This document shows, in pieces, positions 15,376 to 18,548 of a DNA stretch of 18,548 nt (position 1 is its first letter; every line of letters starts with the position of its first letter). Location of the stretch: assembly GCA_034722435.1 (NCBI GenBank), contig JAYENX010000009.1, forward strand, positions 1 through 18,548, in the 5' to 3' direction. The notes under the pieces were generated by a model. It was not told the DNA's origin and made no database searches. It was given only the letters and a program-made list of their open reading frames with translations. Both the position numbers and the translations under genes were made by a program. Source of the DNA: Nanobdellota archaeon. GTDB taxonomy: Archaea; Nanobdellota; Nanobdellia; Woesearchaeales; JAHWHD01.

Positions 15376-16080
15376 TATTTTTCTAAAGAAACTTAAGAAA
15401 GCTGTATGTGCAATCATTTGCGATTTTGGTCTGACACGTCTGCCGTCAATGTGCCATTCTCTTTCTAATAATTCAATTGTTTTAATATGTCTTAACCCAG
15501 ATATTTTTACCATTTCTTGTACTTGGGATGTAGTAGGAAGGTATGTTACGACAAAACCTGCGGGTTTTAAGCAGAGTTCAATAACATCAAGGTAGTCCCA
15601 TGGTTGGGGTAGGTCGAGAGTTATCAGGTCAACTTTTTCTTTTGCTTCTTTCAAGTCTTTGTTTTCTATAGTTATATTTTTTATTTCTAAATCTTCTATA
15701 TTGAATTTTGCAATTTTATAATGTTTATCGTTGTTTTCATAAGTGTAGACATGTTTTGCGGTGTTTGATAAAGTTATAGCTAGAGCTCCTGAACCAGCGC
15801 CAGCATCTAAAACCATAGATTCTTTGTTTAGACCTGTTTCTGCAATAATATATCCTGCATCTTTAGGGAGAACAATTGCTGCACCCCTCTTTATTTTTTT
15901 TTGAAGATCTGCACGTGTAGGTGTAAATATTGATAGTTCTTTATCAGTATTAGTTTTTATTATTCCTTCTTTTTCAAGATCTGATTTGCTGACAATACCG
16001 AAATGTGTATGGTAATCTTTAGAGGTGTCTCTAACGAAGAACATTTTGTTGTCAGGTGTTATAAGGATTTTTTTAATCAT
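15373..16080 (-). CDS. trmI: tRNA (adenine-N1)-methyltransferase, TrmI/GCD14 family
   Basis: HTHFG, KRGAAIVLPKDAGYI, LDAGAGSGAL, TLDLPQPW, YLPTTSQV and RPKSQMIAHTAFL. Confidence 0.93.
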   Translation of the reverse strand: MIKKILITPDNKMFFVRDTSKDYHTHFGIVSKSDLEKEGIIKTNTDKELSIFTPTRADLQKKIKRGAAIVLPKDAGYIIAETGLNKESMVLDAGAGSGALAITLSNTAKHVYTYENNDKHYKIAKFNIEDLEIKNITIENKDLKEAKEKVDLITLDLPQPWDYLDVIELCLKPAGFVVTYLPTTSQVQEMVKISGLRHIKTIELLEREWHIDGRRVRPKSQMIAHTAFLSFFRKI

Positions 16081-16102
16081 AATTAGTTTTTATAGATGGA
16101 AG

Positions 16103-16110
16103 TTTATAAA
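16103..16110 (-). promoter_or_regulatory. TATA box of trmI
   Basis: TTTATAAA lies 22 nt upstream of ATG 16080 and 2 nt downstream of the sigma-factor stop codon. Confidence 0.7.
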
Positions 16111-16112
16111 GA

Positions 16113-17417
16113 TTACTCGTAGAAAGTTTCGAGAGGTTTAGCTCTTGATGGATGTCTAAGTCTTCTAAGTGCTTTTGCTTCAAGCTGTCTTATACGTTCT
16201 CTTGTGACGCCGAACTTGTGACCTATTGCTTCGAGAGTCATTGGTTTTTCGCCGTTAATTCCGAATCTTAGTTTTAAAACTGTTTTTTCTCTATGAGGTA
16301 TTTTGTTTAACTGTCTTTCAACTTCGTCTGAAAGAGCTATTTTATTGGCTTCTTCTTCTGGAAGGTTCATAGAACCTGCAATTCGTTCATGAGGGTTTAT
16401 TTCTTCTGCATCTTTAGAGTCCATTGAAGAAGCATCTTGATATTCTCCTGATAAGATTTTGTTGACTTCATCAACAGGTTCTTTTGAGTAATTAGCTATG
16501 GTTTCAGCGCTTAAGTTTCTTCTACCTTGTTGTGCAAGGAAATTTCTGGCTTTCTTAACTTTTCTTATGGTTTCATGTTTGTGTACAGGTTTTCGTATGA
16601 CGTCGCGTTGGTTATTTAATCCTCGGGTTATTGCTTGACGTATCCACCATATGACGTAAGTAGTTAAACGAAAACCTCTATCTTGATCATATTTTTCAAC
16701 TCCTCTTATTAATCCTCTATTTCCCTCTTGTATGAGATCGAGAAAATCTAAGCCGTGTCCTATATATTTTTTAGCTACTTTGACGACAAGCCGAAGGCAT
16801 GATTGGACAAGTATGTTAGCTGCTTCTTGGTCATCTTGGTCTTTAAGTTTGGCATAATGTACTATTTCTGCATTTGTTAGATTTTTATATCTGGAAATTT
16901 CGTTAAAATATGACATAAGGTCGTTTGATGAGAATTTGGGATCTTCTAAAATATTTTCAAGTTTGTCTTCTTTTAATTCTTTTTCGAGGCTTTGAATATC
17001 TTTAGTAGAAGGTTCGTCATTGTTATCTGCAATATATTGTTTTTCTTCTATAACTATATCTCTTATAGTTCCGCATTGGGATTCTTTTTTCTTTGGTACT
17101 GGTTGTTGGTTAAGTTCTGTACGATGTTTTAATTTTTTGATTCTTTTAGCAGCTTTTTTGATCTTTTCTCTAAAAGTTTTTTGATAGTTACTAGGGATGT
17201 ATGTATTGTCTCTGTATATTACAACTCCTTGGATGTGCGGTACGAGCGGGATAAGATTCTCCAGGTCATCTCCTTGTGCGGGAACGAGTTTTTGTTCTCT
17301 CTGGAGTTGGTGGAAATATTGACTACCTTGTAAAGGACCTTTAGGGGTTTCATAGTTTTTTTTACGATCTATATATGTTACTCCTAATTTTTCTTTTAAT
17401 TCCTTTACATTAACCAT
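16113..17417 (-). CDS. rpoD: Sigma-70-family RNA polymerase sigma factor, group-1 (RpoD/SigA)-like, with an atypical N-terminal domain
   Basis: Region 1.2 (DLMSYFNEISRYKNLT), 2.1 (LRLVVKVAKKY), 2.2 (FLDLIQEGNRGL), 2.3-2.4 (TTYVIWWIRQAITR), 3.0 (IRKPVH) and 4.2 (TLEAIGHKFGVTRERIRQLEAKALRRLRHPSR). Confidence 0.95.
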   Translation of the reverse strand: MVNVKELKEKLGVTYIDRKKNYETPKGPLQGSQYFHQLQREQKLVPAQGDDLENLIPLVPHIQGVVIYRDNTYIPSNYQKTFREKIKKAAKRIKKLKHRTELNQQPVPKKKESQCGTIRDIVIEEKQYIADNNDEPSTKDIQSLEKELKEDKLENILEDPKFSSNDLMSYFNEISRYKNLTNAEIVHYAKLKDQDDQEAANILVQSCLRLVVKVAKKYIGHGLDFLDLIQEGNRGLIRGVEKYDQDRGFRLTTYVIWWIRQAITRGLNNQRDVIRKPVHKHETIRKVKKARNFLAQQGRRNLSAETIANYSKEPVDEVNKILSGEYQDASSMDSKDAEEINPHERIAGSMNLPEEEANKIALSDEVERQLNKIPHREKTVLKLRFGINGEKPMTLEAIGHKFGVTRERIRQLEAKALRRLRHPSRAKPLETFYE

Positions 17418-17440
17418 ATTAATTAGAACTTTAGGGTGTT

Positions 17441-17452
17441 TTATATAATTTT
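17441..17452 (-). promoter_or_regulatory. Archaeal-type TATA/BRE promoter of the sigma-factor gene (leaderless layout)
   Basis: Minus-strand TTATATAA (17441-17448) lies 23 nt upstream of ATG 17417 and is preceded by AAAA. No SD site is visible. Confidence 0.6.
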
Positions 17453-17513
17453 AGAATAGTATTTATAAATATTTATAAGGTAAAAAGTAAGTTGTTTCTG
17501 AACAGATTCATCC

Positions 17514-18455
17514 TTACTCAGATTTCTTTGAAATCTTCGCAACGAAAAATCCTTCTGTATCATTATCTTGGGGCCAGATTCTTAAACATTTTTTAACTTC
17601 TGGGTTATACGTTTGTTTTTCAAATTCTAGTATTGGTGGCGAAGTTTTTAGTTTGGGTATATCAATTGGAAGAAGTTTTGCATCTTCGTGATTTTCTAAG
17701 AACCATGAGATAACGCCTTCGTCTTCTTCAGGTTCAATTGAGCATGTTGAATATACTAAGGTGCCGCCTTTTTTTAGGTTTTTGAAGCCTGCACTTAGAA
17801 TTTTTTTTTGTTGTTTTGCCATGTGTCTAATAAATCCTGGGCTCCATTCTGTTAATGTTCTAATAGATTTTCGTATAGTACCTGTTCCTGAGCAAGGCGC
17901 GTCAACAAGTACTTTGTCGAATTCGAATCCTTTAAAGTAAGCTCCGTCCATTAATGTAGTTACAACATTGGTGATACCCATTCTTTGAAGGTTTATACCT
18001 AGAGGTGCTAATCTTATACCTCTATAATCATTAGCAACAAGTACACCTTGATTTTCCATGAACGCAGCCATTTGGCTAGTTTTTGAACCAGGGGCAGCGC
18101 ATAAATCCAGAACTTTTTCACCAGGTTTTGGTTCAAGGACAAGAGGAGGGATCATTGAAGCTGCGCCTTGGACGTAGAAATATCCTAGAGAGTGTTCAAT
18201 GGTGTTACCTATATCTATCCTATCTTCAGTTCTATGTTTTATCCAGAAACCTTCCTTGCACCAAGGTACTTGTGTAAGTTCCCAGTTTTTCATTTTTTTA
18301 ATAAGTTCTGGTATTGAAATTTTAAGAGTGTTAACTCTGAGAGATCGTGTAGGTCTTTTTATTGAGTAAGTAATGAAATCTTCATATCTATCTTCAAGAA
18401 TGGTTTTAAAACGTTGTTCAAACTTTGGTTTTACAAGTTTTCTGTAATCTTCCAT
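17514..18455 (-). CDS. NOL1/NOP2/Sun (RsmB/RsmF-like) RNA cytosine-C5 methyltransferase, archaeal short form
   Basis: RVNTLK, YVQGAASM, VLDLCAAPGSKT, LVDAPCSG (motif IV Cys) and LVYSTCS (motif VI Cys). TTTATAAA (18478-18485) lies 22 nt upstream of ATG 18455; the track start is 18458. Confidence 0.95.
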   Translation of the reverse strand: MEDYRKLVKPKFEQRFKTILEDRYEDFITYSIKRPTRSLRVNTLKISIPELIKKMKNWELTQVPWCKEGFWIKHRTEDRIDIGNTIEHSLGYFYVQGAASMIPPLVLEPKPGEKVLDLCAAPGSKTSQMAAFMENQGVLVANDYRGIRLAPLGINLQRMGITNVVTTLMDGAYFKGFEFDKVLVDAPCSGTGTIRKSIRTLTEWSPGFIRHMAKQQKKILSAGFKNLKKGGTLVYSTCSIEPEEDEGVISWFLENHEDAKLLPIDIPKLKTSPPILEFEKQTYNPEVKKCLRIWPQDNDTEGFFVAKISKKSE

Positions 18456-18548
18456 CATGATTTAAATAGGGTAATGTTTTATAAAGGTTATTGAATAACA
18501 TAGATGTGGAAGTTTAAGTTTGGTGATGGTCGAGATTAAGATAAATTT

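Noticed and set aside
2073-18277. Nested or antisense short ORFs (2073-2264, 3862-4059, 4164-4355, 4488-4751, 5819-6028, 7983-8261, 8274-8462, 9390-9635, 10645-10833, 11156-11407, 11700-11945, 13177-13359, 13696-13971, 14743-14925, 14956-15198, 15338-15595, 18083-18277)
   Set aside because: All overlap longer, better-supported genes. They have F/L/I-biased compositions typical of antisense or shifted frames, with no motifs or promoter signals.
1-18548. CRISPR array, IS element, integrase or prophage
   Set aside because: No regularly spaced repeats, transposase or recombinase motifs, or phage structural genes were seen.
1-18548. Interpreting the window as bacterial because of rpoD, yvcK and the REC protein
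   Set aside because: TATA-leaderless promoters, GGTGA SD sites, TrmB/Lrp types, and archaeal-type TrmI and NOP2-family genes directly flanking the sigma gene favour an archaeon. A marker-gene classification is still needed.

Overview
AT-rich, gene-dense window that reads as archaeal, most consistent with a DPANN (Woesearchaeota-like) genome. The lineage is an inference and no search was run. Support: at least 12 genes have a TATA-like box 21-23 nt before the ATG (leaderless layout), others have (G)AGGTGA(T) Shine-Dalgarno sites, and the genes include archaeal-type TrmI, a NOL1/NOP2 m5C methyltransferase, TrmB and Lrp/AsnC regulators, SlyD and a pilin-like domain. The standout feature is a bacterial group-1-like sigma-70 factor (RpoD/SigA-like, 16113-17417, minus strand). 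It has intact regions 1.2, 2 and 4.2, an unrecognised N-terminus in place of region 1.1 and its own archaeal TATA promoter, and it sits between two archaeal RNA methyltransferase genes. Other items of interest: a circularly permuted RimK-like ATP-grasp enzyme, two secreted proteins with outer-membrane-beta-barrel-like C-termini (one fused to a transglutaminase-like Cys-His-Asp domain), an orphan receiver protein with a large insertion, a yvcK plus nucleotidyltransferase operon, a cupredoxin with altered copper ligands, and a GC-rich 108-nt multi-hairpin element between convergent genes. No rRNA, tRNA, CRISPR array or transposase could be supported.
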